A stretch of 64,000 nt of DNA from NCBI GenBank assembly GCA_003518105.1, contig DOZH01000005.1, forward strand, positions 40,513-104,512, written 5' to 3'. The notes under the pieces are model-generated. The model was not told where the DNA came from. It did not search any database and saw nothing but the letters and a program-made list of their open reading frames with translations. The DNA is from Candidatus Uhrbacteria bacterium (GTDB lineage: Bacteria > Patescibacteriota > Patescibacteriia > UBA9934). Position 1 is the stretch's first letter. Each line of letters starts with the position of its first letter. Positions 43,329-51,941 of the stretch are shown piece after piece. Both the position numbers and the translations under genes were made by a program.

Positions 43329-45983
43329 ATGACATCATCTTCTCCCGCCAAAACTTTCCTTATTCTCGACGGCAATGCCCTGCTCCATCGCGCTTGGCAC
43401 GCCATTCCACCACTCACCACCAAAGACGGCCGCGTAGTCAACGCTGTTTACGGCTTCATCATGGTTATTGAAAAAATGCTCAGTCAACTTAAGCCCGACT
43501 ACATGGCCGTCGCCTGGGACTTGCCTGGCAAAACCTTCCGTCATGACGAATACGTTGAATACAAGTCACAGCGCGAAAAAAAGGCCCCAGAACTCTACGC
43601 TCAAATCCCCATGATTCAAGAGGTTCTCAAAGCCTATCACCTCCCATCACTTTCGGTCCCCGGCTTTGAAGGCGACGACATTTTGGGCACCATCGCTACG
43701 CTCAACAAACCACTCGGTATCAAGACCCTTATCGTCACCGGCGACCTTGATGCTCTCCAGCTAGTCGACGACACCACGCACGTCGTCTTCTTCGTCAAAG
43801 GCCTCTCCCAAACCACGCTTTACGACACTGCTGCGGTGGAGGCTCGCTATCACCTCCGACCTAACCAACTTATCGACTACAAAACACTCATCGGCGACCA
43901 TTCCGACAATCTCCCTGGTGTAGCTGGCATTGGTGAAAAGTCCGCCCTCGAACTCATCCAGCAATTCGGCACGGTCGACGGTATCTTCGCCAATCTCGAG
44001 ACCGGCATGGTTCCTTCCAAGTACGCTAAGAAGCTCACCGGCAAGCAGGACGTGGCCAAACAAATGAAGCGCCTCGTCACCATCGTCCGCAACGTCCCAC
44101 TCGACAATTTCGACGTCACTCAGGCCGTCGTTCAACCTCCACACCTCGATGATCTCATTCCCCTTCTCCAAGATCTCGAGTTCCACACCATCCTCAAAAA
44201 GTACCTCCCAGCCACAGCCGAACCCATAAGCCCTCCCCCAGCCATGGGGGAGTTGGAGGGGGCCGTTAAGGTGCCAGCAATAGTTCGTGCGCCAAAAACT
44301 TCGCTCGCCAAACTCGGCGCACTTTCCGATCTTAAAACCGAAAAACTCGCCATTCTCCTCACCAACAAAATCCAACAAGATCTCTTCAGCACCGGCGGCC
44401 TCGCAAGCATTGCCCTCACCGACGGCGAAACCACCTTCATTGCCGAATCGCCGACCCCAGAAGTCATGGCTGACATCGTCAAACTATTATCGACCGCCAA
44501 TCTCATCATCGCCCACGACCTCAAGGCTATCTGGCACACTTTCGCCAAGGCCAGCGTCGACGTCACCTCAGCACTCAATCGTCCTTGTTTTGACACCATG
44601 GTTGCTGCCTACCTCCTCTCTTCCGGCGAACGAGCCATGGCCTTCGCCGACATTGTCCGCGAAACTCTGCACTCCGAGCTGACTGACGACGTTGTCTCGA
44701 CCCTCAGTATTCTTCTCACCTTGTCGATCGCTCTCCAAGCCAAGCTCGCCCACGTTGGCATGACTAAACTCTCCACCGAGATAGAAATGCCGCTCATCGG
44801 CGTCCTCTTCCAAATGGAGCACACCGGTATCGCCGTGGATAGCTCCATTCTGCAAGAACTCTCCAAAAAATTCGCCATTACTCTCGCCAACTTAACCACC
44901 AAGATCTACGCCGCGGCCGGGAAAGAATTCAACATCCAGTCCCCTTCGCAGTTAGCCGACATTCTCTACGTCGACCTCGCTATTCCCACCAAAGGCATCA
45001 AAAAAACCAAGAGCGGCTTCAGTACTGCCGCCCCCGAACTCGAAAAAATAACCGCTCTTCACCCTATCGTCGCCCTCATCGGCGAGTACCGCGAAATCGC
45101 CAAGCTCAAAAACACCTACGCCGATTCCCTTCCTCTCCTCGTTGGTGCCGACGGTCGTATTCACGCCGAGTTCAACCAGTGTATCGCCGCCACCGGTCGT
45201 CTCTCATCATCAAACCCGAATCTGCAGAATATTCCTGTTCGTTCCGAGCTCGGCCGTGAAATCCGCAAAGCCTTCGTTGCCCCTGCCGGTCGTATCCTCG
45301 TCAGCGCCGACTATTCGCAAATCGAATTACGCTTGGCTGCTGTTCTCGCTAAGGACACGGGTTTCATCACCGCCTTCCGGGACAACGCCGACATTCACAA
45401 ACGCACCGCTGCCGAAATGTGGGGCATCCCCGAGGCCGAGGTGACCAAAGAACAGCGTTACGCCGCTAAAGCTATCAACTTCGGCATTCTCTATGGCATC
45501 GGTGCCCGCGCCTTAGCACGTTCATCGAAGGTGAGCTTCGAAGAAGCGAAAGGGTTTATAGACCTCTACTTCCAAGCCCACCCCGGCATTCGTGGCTTCA
45601 TAGATGCCATGAAGGCCAAGGCCCACGCCGACGAATACGTGGAAACTCTCTACGGCCGCCGTCGTTATCTGCCAGAAATCAACGGCAATATGCCCCAGCT
45701 GGTCGCCATGGCCGAACGAATGGCTATCAACATGCCAGCTCAGGGCACGCAAGCCGATATCATCAAAATCGCCATGCGTCGTGTACAAGATTGGCTCACC
45801 ACCTCTGGCCTCACAGCGACGCTTCTCCTCCAGGTTCACGACGAACTTGTCCTGGAAGCGGACCTAGTCGACGTCCCCGTAGTCTCGCAAAAAGTTCAAG
45901 AAATCATGACCTCAGTCATCACCCTCGACGTCCCTCTCTTGGTCGACGTGGAAACCGGCACTAACTGGGGAGATCTAAAATAA
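43329..45983 (+). CDS. polA: DNA polymerase I
   Basis: 5'-nuclease N-terminus (LILDGNALLHRAWHA), polymerase motifs DYSQIELRLAA and LLQVHDELVLE. 884 aa. Confidence 0.95.
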   Translation: MTSSSPAKTFLILDGNALLHRAWHAIPPLTTKDGRVVNAVYGFIMVIEKMLSQLKPDYMAVAWDLPGKTFRHDEYVEYKSQREKKAPELYAQIPMIQEVLKAYHLPSLSVPGFEGDDILGTIATLNKPLGIKTLIVTGDLDALQLVDDTTHVVFFVKGLSQTTLYDTAAVEARYHLRPNQLIDYKTLIGDHSDNLPGVAGIGEKSALELIQQFGTVDGIFANLETGMVPSKYAKKLTGKQDVAKQMKRLVTIVRNVPLDNFDVTQAVVQPPHLDDLIPLLQDLEFHTILKKYLPATAEPISPPPAMGELEGAVKVPAIVRAPKTSLAKLGALSDLKTEKLAILLTNKIQQDLFSTGGLASIALTDGETTFIAESPTPEVMADIVKLLSTANLIIAHDLKAIWHTFAKASVDVTSALNRPCFDTMVAAYLLSSGERAMAFADIVRETLHSELTDDVVSTLSILLTLSIALQAKLAHVGMTKLSTEIEMPLIGVLFQMEHTGIAVDSSILQELSKKFAITLANLTTKIYAAAGKEFNIQSPSQLADILYVDLAIPTKGIKKTKSGFSTAAPELEKITALHPIVALIGEYREIAKLKNTYADSLPLLVGADGRIHAEFNQCIAATGRLSSSNPNLQNIPVRSELGREIRKAFVAPAGRILVSADYSQIELRLAAVLAKDTGFITAFRDNADIHKRTAAEMWGIPEAEVTKEQRYAAKAINFGILYGIGARALARSSKVSFEEAKGFIDLYFQAHPGIRGFIDAMKAKAHADEYVETLYGRRRYLPEINGNMPQLVAMAERMAINMPAQGTQADIIKIAMRRVQDWLTTSGLTATLLLQVHDELVLEADLVDVPVVSQKVQEIMTSVITLDVPLLVDVETGTNWGDLK
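44231..44270 (+). repeat. In-frame mini-palindromic repeat (PPAMGE element) inside polA
   Basis: CCCTCCCCCAGCCATGGGGGAGTTGGAGGGGGCCGTTAAG. Near-identical copies at 46728 and 60185. Hairpin CTCCCCCA/TGGGGGAG. Confidence 0.75.
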
Positions 45984-45988
45984 CTCAA

Positions 45989-46063
45989 AGGACGACTTCG
46001 GGAGTCGTCCTAATCAATGTTTGCAGGCCAAGGACGACTTTCGATGTCGTCCTTGTGTTTTGT
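45989..46063. repeat. Double-hairpin REP-like element, copy 4
   Basis: AGGACGACttcgggaGTCGTCCT + AATCAATGTTTGCAGGCCA + AGGACGACtttcgatGTCGTCCT + TGTGTTTTG, directly after polA. Confidence 0.7.
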
Positions 46064-46183
46064 CCACATATTTTTCACAGCCCTCAGCATCTTTACAAAC
46101 TCAGCAATTTATGGCAGACTTTAGCCACGTTTTGCTCCCATCGTGCCAATCCTGGCCGTCCCCCAGCAAACCCGGAGTCTCTC

Positions 46184-46513
46184 ATGTCCAAGCCCAGCCC
46201 ACTCTTCAGCCCCGAGTATATCCTCCGGGTCTGCCATCGCCCGACGGTCACCCACGTCTTCGGTAGCCTCGAGATCTTCGAATACTATCTGCGCAAACTT
46301 GAAGCGGGTGAAGGTTTCGTCCTTCGTGTCAGCTACAAGGATGAAGAGGATCGCCACATTCACGAAACCATGTTGCGTCAGCTGGGTTGGAATTTTAGCG
46401 ACAAGTTCTACTTCTCTTCCTCTCCCGCCATCCCCACCAAAGAGAACGAGCCCTTTCAATCCTTCTGGACCTTTCGGCCCCGGCACAAGCTCACGGTGCA
46501 GGTCGCCGCTTGA
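46184..46513 (+). CDS. Hypothetical protein (GC-rich orphan)
   Basis: ATG after GGAGTCTCTC. 109 aa (MSKPSPLFSPEYILRVCHRPTV...). A hairpin plus T-run follows at about 46549-46590. Confidence 0.45.
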   Translation: MSKPSPLFSPEYILRVCHRPTVTHVFGSLEIFEYYLRKLEAGEGFVLRVSYKDEEDRHIHETMLRQLGWNFSDKFYFSSSPAIPTKENEPFQSFWTFRPRHKLTVQVAA

Positions 46514-46607
46514 TCACTCGTGCTCTACCCGTTGTCGTGTCGGCCCCTCGTCCTCTGGACCTGGGGCCTTCGCTTTTTCTCCCAAAATCGTCTACCATAA
46601 GCGAGCT

Positions 46608-47600
46608 ATGATCATCTTTATCTACGGCGACGACGGCCCTCGTCTCAAAACAAAACTTTTGCAATTAACCACCCAATTTACCACTAAATTTGATACTACC
46701 GGCCTCAATCTAGCCTCTTTTTACAACTCTCCCCCAGCTATGGGGGAGTTGGTGGGGGCTTTAACTTACCCCGACGTGCTCCAGGCTGTCATGAGCTCAC
46801 CATTTCTCAGTGAGAAGCGCATGGTCATCGTCCACAATCTCATGGACGGCCTCAAAAAGGACGACGCTATTATGTGGGCCGATGGCCTCGCTAAAACCCC
46901 CTCGTCAACCATTCTTGTCCTCGTTGATAACCTCGACCCAACCAAAGTCGAGAAACACGAGCTCTTCAAGCGCCTTAAAGATGGTGCCGAGGTTCACACC
47001 TACGCCGAAGTTAAACGTGAAGGAGCAGCTCTTTATTCCTGGCTTATCGACGAGGCCAAAAAACAAGGTGCTCAACTCAGCTTATCAGTGGCTACAGATC
47101 TCGCCACCCGTGTTGGTGACGACGCCTGGCAGCTGCAAAACGAGTTGGCCAAAGTGGTCGCCTACGCCAACGGTGCGGCTATCACCACCACCATGCTCGA
47201 CCTACTCGTCCAAAGCTCCAGCGAGTCCAACATTTTCGCCTTCGTGGATGCTATTAGCCAACGAGACGCTAAAAACGCCCTCCGCCTGCTGGCTACTGAA
47301 CGGGCCGCTGGTTCCGTCGACTTCTACCTCTTAACCATGCTCGCTCGCCAAATTCGCATTCTCCTCCAAATCTGCGTCCTCCTCGCGGACGAGCCAGGTG
47401 CTGCCGCCGACGTCGCTAAACGCCTATCTTTACACCCCTTTGTGGCCGGCAAGGCTACCTCCCAAGCCAAGCGCTTCACCCTCCTCCAGCTCCTCAATCT
47501 CCATCAGCTCCTCGTTAAACTCGACCACGACGCCAAAACAGGCGGCCTCGACGCTGGCCTGGCTGTGGACCGACTTGTCGCCGAAATGCTAGCTATTTAG
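46608..47600 (+). CDS. holA: DNA polymerase III subunit delta
   Basis: MIIFIYGDDGPRLKTKLLQL... with the typical HolA layout. The ORF-track start at 46143 runs through the upstream gene; the ATG at 46608 is preferred. Confidence 0.75.
   Translation: MIIFIYGDDGPRLKTKLLQLTTQFTTKFDTTGLNLASFYNSPPAMGELVGALTYPDVLQAVMSSPFLSEKRMVIVHNLMDGLKKDDAIMWADGLAKTPSSTILVLVDNLDPTKVEKHELFKRLKDGAEVHTYAEVKREGAALYSWLIDEAKKQGAQLSLSVATDLATRVGDDAWQLQNELAKVVAYANGAAITTTMLDLLVQSSSESNIFAFVDAISQRDAKNALRLLATERAAGSVDFYLLTMLARQIRILLQICVLLADEPGAAADVAKRLSLHPFVAGKATSQAKRFTLLQLLNLHQLLVKLDHDAKTGGLDAGLAVDRLVAEMLAI
46728..46768 (+). repeat. In-frame mini-palindromic repeat (PPAMGE element) inside holA
   Basis: CTCTCCCCCAGCTATGGGGGAGTTGGTGGGGGCTTTAACTT, encoding SPPAMGELVGALT. 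Confidence 0.75.
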
Positions 47601-47685
47601 CCTGCAAAACGCCCCCTCTGCTTGACGATTTTCCTCCATTCCGCTACACTTCGCACAATCTTGATAACCTTATTTGTACCAGGAT

Positions 47686-47797
47686 TTTCACATTTGAGAC
47701 TAGTTTCGATGAACATCGAGCAAAGCTCCTGAGGCTTAGTTACTGCTAAGATGAAGGAGTTTGCGCTGATGTGAGTCGAAAATAGGCCAAATGGGAA
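47686..47797 (+). ncRNA. Candidate structured element, copy 2 of 2, immediately upstream of rpsT
   Basis: Same conserved ends as 19805..19917. Helices TTTCGA/TCGAAA, GCAAA(G)CTCCT/AGGAGTTTGC and CTTAG/CTAAG replace GTTTGGGT/ACCCAAA, GCCGA(G)CTTTT/AAAAAGTCGGC and ACTCAC/GTGAGT. Confidence 0.5.
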
Positions 47798-47810
47798 ATC
47801 CGTTGTCTCT

Positions 47811-48080
47811 ATGCCAAACCTACAGAATGCCATCAAAGCTCTCCGCCAAGCCAACAAGCGCGCCGAGCGTAACGCCGTCCGCAAGGGCCTTGTCGATAGC
47901 TTGAAGCGCCAATTCCGCAAAGCCTTGGAAGCTGGTAAAGCCGTCGATGCTAAGACCATCTACCAGAACTTGACCCAGGCTTTGGACAAAGCAGCCTCTA
48001 AGAATGTAATCGCTGCTAACAAAGCTTCCCGCACCAAGTCCCGCTTGGCCGCCAAGCTCAACCTAGCCCTCAAGAAATAA
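47811..48080 (+). CDS. rpsT: 30S ribosomal protein S20
   Basis: MPNLQNAIKALRQANKRAERNAVRKG...KNVIAANKASRTKSRLA. Confidence 0.9.
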   Translation: MPNLQNAIKALRQANKRAERNAVRKGLVDSLKRQFRKALEAGKAVDAKTIYQNLTQALDKAASKNVIAANKASRTKSRLAAKLNLALKK

Positions 48081-48099
48081 TTGACGCCAATAAACACAA

Positions 48100-48134
48100 A
48101 ACGTTACACCACTTCGGTGTAACGTTTTTGTTTT
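48100..48134 (+). terminator. Intrinsic terminator after rpsT
   Basis: AACGTTACACC-acttc-GGTGTAACGTT followed by TTTGTTTT. Confidence 0.7.
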
Positions 48135-48145
48135 AACTTCAAATA

Positions 48146-48715
48146 CTATCTCACCTCCTCAATCAACCTCTTCACCAGATCAATCGGCATGCCAAAGAAA
48201 CTGTCCACCGTTCTTTCACGCTGCACCTCATGCTTTTTCATGAGTGGGTTCTCCACCACCAATCCCCCGGCACTTTCCATCGCAAAAGAGTTGTCGACGA
48301 TCATCTCAGTCTCATCTAGCAAGCTCTTGTTATATTGAACGCTCGCTATATCGATACCCGAGGCCATAGCTCCGGTCGCCGTATTAGTCACCATGATGCC
48401 GTTAATAATTTCTGCCGGATGGTCAACGTAAGAGGCTAAGAATCGCGTCGCCTCTTCCCTACTCTGCGGCTTTTCTCTCATCTCGCCATTACAAACCACC
48501 ACTTGATCCGCTGTAATCAAAATCGCCGGCCCATCAATCTTATCGACTATCGCCTCAGCTTTAGCCTTCGCCAAAGCCAACACCAACTTCTCCGGGTCAT
48601 CACATCGTATCGCTTTTTCATCAATCCCCGGACTAATACACTCATCAACCTCAATCCCCGCCTCTCGGAGCGCCTGCGCCCTAAACCTAGATTGCGAACC
48701 GAGAATAATTTTCAT
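48146..48715 (-). CDS. maf: Maf-like nucleoside triphosphate pyrophosphatase
   Basis: MKIILGSQSRFRAQAL...ITADQVVVCNGEMREKP. ORF open to 48772. Confidence 0.75.
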   Translation of the reverse strand: MKIILGSQSRFRAQALREAGIEVDECISPGIDEKAIRCDDPEKLVLALAKAKAEAIVDKIDGPAILITADQVVVCNGEMREKPQSREEATRFLASYVDHPAEIINGIMVTNTATGAMASGIDIASVQYNKSLLDETEMIVDNSFAMESAGGLVVENPLMKKHEVQRERTVDSFFGMPIDLVKRLIEEVR

Positions 48716-48795
48716 ATTTACACCAAGTCTACCACACAGAAAATGTAAAATACAGGCTCGATAATATACCAAGTCTGTATTTTAATTTGTTGCAT

Positions 48796-50007
48796 TTAGG
48801 TGTTACGTTCCTCTTGGTTCATTCTGAACATTTCATTTTCAACCCGTAGATAGCAATTAGACCATATACTTTTGTCTTTACCGAGTTGGTTGGGATTACC
48901 AATTTTTTTTGCCTGTTCACCTATCATAACCACTAATTCATTTTTTAACCGATCAAAGACCACCTGTGGCTCGATCTTCCAGGTCGCCTTACCATCCTTG
49001 ATTTCAACAAGCGGACGAAACGATGCCAATATTGGATAGATGAAGCCACTCGTAATTCTATATTTAGAAGTTTTACCAGTGAATGGCAATTCTTCGACTG
49101 ACATTCTGCCTGCTACGGGAGTGACACCCCGAAGAAGACCAAACTTTCCTCCACTTGCATTATACTCATCTGGAAGTGCAAGATAGATAGCATCATGTAG
49201 ATCAAGAATTTCCGGCAGTAATGGAGCTAGACGATCAAGACGCTCTTTCTTGTTTGGATTATCTTTATCAATAGCGAAGTGTTCAACTGTAGCCGAAAGA
49301 GATGAGTAGGCAATGATAGGGTGCGAATTTCCTTTATAGGACTCTGTATCAAAGCATAATAGGTAGGAGAGAATATCGCGAATGTCAATATCTTTGGGCG
49401 TTCCGTCTTGAAACTCCTCATACTGCTTATAGAAGATACGATCTTTATAATCCTTATCTTTTAGCTTTTCTTTGATAACTTCATAGGCTCCAAGCAGATC
49501 CTGAAAACCTTGTTCTGCCACGGGGGTAGAGTTATTACGAGCTTCAATAATCGGTGCTACTTCTTCCCGTGACTTGAATCCTTCAAGGAACTCAATTTTA
49601 ACATAAGCCTGGATTTCGTTCTGCTCTTCTGTTGTCCGAGAATCAACGTATCTACGAATAGCTCGGTTAGTGTGACCGCCATCAGCAAGGCCACTCATCA
49701 TATTATCGCTAAACTCAACCTCTACCAGACCTGTTTTATTATCATGTGTCACACTTTCTGCAAGTACGAGCAAGCCACGGTTTTTAAAGAAAAAACTTTC
49801 TGGCTCTTTACTGAGTGAATCACTGATCTCCCTTGGCACAGTCTTACTCATTTTTGGGTCACGAACATTTAACTTACGCCAGTCTTCAAGTTCCGCAGGT
49901 ACATCTTTAATATTAACAACAGCGGTATAGAGTCGATGGTCTGTAGAATCGTATGGTGTATCTTGACGGCGGAATGAGAAGGATTTAAATCTAAGAATCG
50001 TGGACAT
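48796..50007 (-). CDS. AIPR-like (abortive-infection type) protein, tentative
   Basis: AT-rich 403-aa ORF. NVRDPKMSKTVPREISDSL...FFFKNRGLLVLAESV...LADGGHTNRAI resembles the AIPR/DGQHR-type N-terminal pattern, judged from memory only. Confidence 0.4.
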   Translation of the reverse strand: MSTILRFKSFSFRRQDTPYDSTDHRLYTAVVNIKDVPAELEDWRKLNVRDPKMSKTVPREISDSLSKEPESFFFKNRGLLVLAESVTHDNKTGLVEVEFSDNMMSGLADGGHTNRAIRRYVDSRTTEEQNEIQAYVKIEFLEGFKSREEVAPIIEARNNSTPVAEQGFQDLLGAYEVIKEKLKDKDYKDRIFYKQYEEFQDGTPKDIDIRDILSYLLCFDTESYKGNSHPIIAYSSLSATVEHFAIDKDNPNKKERLDRLAPLLPEILDLHDAIYLALPDEYNASGGKFGLLRGVTPVAGRMSVEELPFTGKTSKYRITSGFIYPILASFRPLVEIKDGKATWKIEPQVVFDRLKNELVVMIGEQAKKIGNPNQLGKDKSIWSNCYLRVENEMFRMNQEERNT

Positions 50008-50266
50008 AGAGATATTTGCTAAGTAATTAGACTACTTAATAAAAAAGCACGCTACTCGCGTGTTTAGTTAAGCAAATATATCTGCAGATACATTAGCACT
50101 AGCTAAACGTTCGTCGAGAGTAGATACCTACCTGCGACTCCTTGCAAAGCTACTATGTGCTGTTGCAAGCAGCAAATCTCACGAGCGAGATCTGATAAAT
50201 GCATTATTACTCCAAATAAAAAAATACGCAAGTGGACAAGTTGTAATTAATTCAAAAATTATGAAT

Positions 50267-51403
50267 TTACTCAATCACAGGCCGTTCAATCGTCGCCATC
50301 TCAAGCACATCATCACTCGAGCCGTCTGTAATTTTCACCACATCTTTACTCATCTTCTTCAACTCATTACTCGACAAATTATACTGGTTAATCACGGTGG
50401 TCAGGTTGTTACCCACTTTAGAATGGAACTCCGCAAAGGCCCGGAAATGCTTACCCAAATCCGCCACACGCTTTAAAATGTCCTGAGTTGATTTCTCGAG
50501 CTGTAACTCTCGTAGTCCTAGCAGCACGGTCTGCAAGTAAGCAAAAAACGACGTCGGCGACACAATCATGACGTGCTTACTAAACGCGTATTCCAGCAAA
50601 TTACGACTGTTAATACCCGAACCAATCTCCGCATTCATTAAATTATAGTAGACACCCTCAGCCGGAATAAACATGAAGGCGAAGTTCATGGTGCCGTTCT
50701 GTTGTTGAATGTATTTTGACGTTTCATCAATGCGCGTCTGAATATCCGACTTCAAGTCTTTCTCTAGCTGTACCTTCCGGGCTGGGTCCTGTTCTTCCAT
50801 TAGGCGGTTGTAATTCTCTAAGCTAAACTTGGCATCAATCGGAATGATCTGATCGCGGACGAGGATGACGGCATCAGCAATTAACTCCTTGCCGGTCGCC
50901 TCATTAACTCCCAAATGATACTGCACCTTATAAGCATCTTTCGGCAGGACGTTACCTAGCAATGTTTCCAGCCAATACTCGCCGAGCACGCCACGTTGTT
51001 TAGGATTTTTCAAAATATTCTGCAAATTCTGCAATTGACCGGAGAAGTCGAGCACCTGCTTGTTGGTCGCGTCGAGCGTAGCCAGCTTTCCAGTTACATC
51101 TTGCATAGTCTTACTCGCCTCCTGCATGTTCTTCATCATCTGCTCGAACTGAGCTGCTGCACTCTTCTGCGAATCGCTAATTCCTCGGTATAACTGGTCA
51201 TTCGTGCGGTCAAGCTTGGCATGCACCTCCTGGCGTTGCTCACTATTTAAACGCTGCATCTCAGCTCGCAGGTTTTCTAGCGCTGAACCCAGTTCTTTAG
51301 CAAGCTCACCACCATCGGTTTTTTTGCTAACCTCACGGAAATAATAAAACGCCACACTCGCAATCAACACAACCAACGTAACCACGAGCAGTATATTTTC
51401 CAT
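50267..51403 (-). CDS. rmuC: DNA recombination protein RmuC
   Basis: N-terminal TM segment, long coiled coil, C-terminal FAFMFIPAEGVYY...VMIVSPTSFFAYLQTV. Confidence 0.85.
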   Translation of the reverse strand: MENILLVVTLVVLIASVAFYYFREVSKKTDGGELAKELGSALENLRAEMQRLNSEQRQEVHAKLDRTNDQLYRGISDSQKSAAAQFEQMMKNMQEASKTMQDVTGKLATLDATNKQVLDFSGQLQNLQNILKNPKQRGVLGEYWLETLLGNVLPKDAYKVQYHLGVNEATGKELIADAVILVRDQIIPIDAKFSLENYNRLMEEQDPARKVQLEKDLKSDIQTRIDETSKYIQQQNGTMNFAFMFIPAEGVYYNLMNAEIGSGINSRNLLEYAFSKHVMIVSPTSFFAYLQTVLLGLRELQLEKSTQDILKRVADLGKHFRAFAEFHSKVGNNLTTVINQYNLSSNELKKMSKDVVKITDGSSDDVLEMATIERPVIE

Positions 51404-51477
51404 ATTGACCCAAAGCTTAAAAATGACTATACTCGCCCTGTCCTCGAGCTTCTAGTATAGCACGACACATATATTCT

Positions 51478-51551
51478 GACCTCGTAGCTCAACTGGATAG
51501 AGCAGGTCCGTCCTAAGGACAAGGTTACAGGTTCAACTCCTGTCGAGGTCA
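51478..51551 (+). tRNA. tRNA-Arg (CCT)
   Basis: Acceptor GACCTCG/CGAGGTC, D arm GCTC-AACTGGATA-GAGC, anticodon loop GTCCTAA, T arm ACAGG-TTCAACT-CCTGT. CCA not encoded. Confidence 0.85.
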
Positions 51552-51566
51552 AGAGAAATTAAAACA

Positions 51567-51590
51567 TTTGTCTAGGCCACTGTAGACAAA
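51567..51590. promoter_or_regulatory. Inverted-repeat operator candidate TTTGTCTA-N8-TAGACAAA (site 1)
   Basis: Perfect 8-bp arms with an 8-bp spacer. An identical architecture is at 52574-52597. Confidence 0.45.
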
Positions 51591-51635
51591 TAAGTTACAG
51601 CACGTGTTACAACTATAGTTACAAGATAAAATTCA

Positions 51636-51708
51636 GGGCCTGTGGCTCAGTTGGTAGAGCGCTGCATTCGCATTGCAGAGGTCAGCGGTTCGAATCCGCT
51701 CAGGTCCA
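51636..51708 (+). tRNA. tRNA-Ala (CGC)
   Basis: Acceptor GGGCCTG/CAGGTCC with G3:U70, anticodon arm CTGCA-TTCGCAT-TGCAG, T arm AGCGG-TTCGAAT-CCGCT. Confidence 0.9.
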
Positions 51709-51807
51709 CCCGAGCTCAGCTCGGTTGTCGGTATGCGCCCAAAGCTCAGCTTTGGTAATTCGACAACTAGCTTGCTGCTGAGCGAAGGGTGAGTCAGCTC
51801 AGCTGAC
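51709..51807. repeat. AGCTSAGCT hairpin repeat cluster (non-coding copy of the element found inside two surface-protein genes)
   Basis: CGAGC-tca-GCTCG, CCAAAGC-tca-GCTTTGG, GTCAGC-tca-GCTGAC. The reverse complement of 51709-51765 aligns with 60085-60135 and 55408-55460. Confidence 0.65.
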
Positions 51808-51855
51808 CACCACTCGATCATTCAACCATGATCAATATTGGTTGACTCAGTCAGA

Positions 51856-51883
51856 TATAGTAGATTATATATAATCTACTATA
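51856..51883. repeat. Perfect 28-bp palindrome
   Basis: TATAGTAGATTATATATAATCTACTATA. Confidence 0.7.
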
Positions 51884-51906
51884 ATAACGAGGTGAATTCG
51901 GCAAAC

Positions 51907-51941
51907 AAAATCAGTCACTTCTGTGGCTGATTTTGTTTTTT
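51907..51941 (+). terminator. Intrinsic terminator about 200 nt downstream of tRNA-Ala
   Basis: AAAATCAGTCAC-ttct-GTGGCTGATTTT followed by GTTTTTT. Confidence 0.6.

Noticed and set aside
51633-51821. 62-aa minus-strand ORF.
   Set aside because: It runs antisense through tRNA-Ala and the hairpin-repeat cluster and owes its openness to the repeats. It has no start context.
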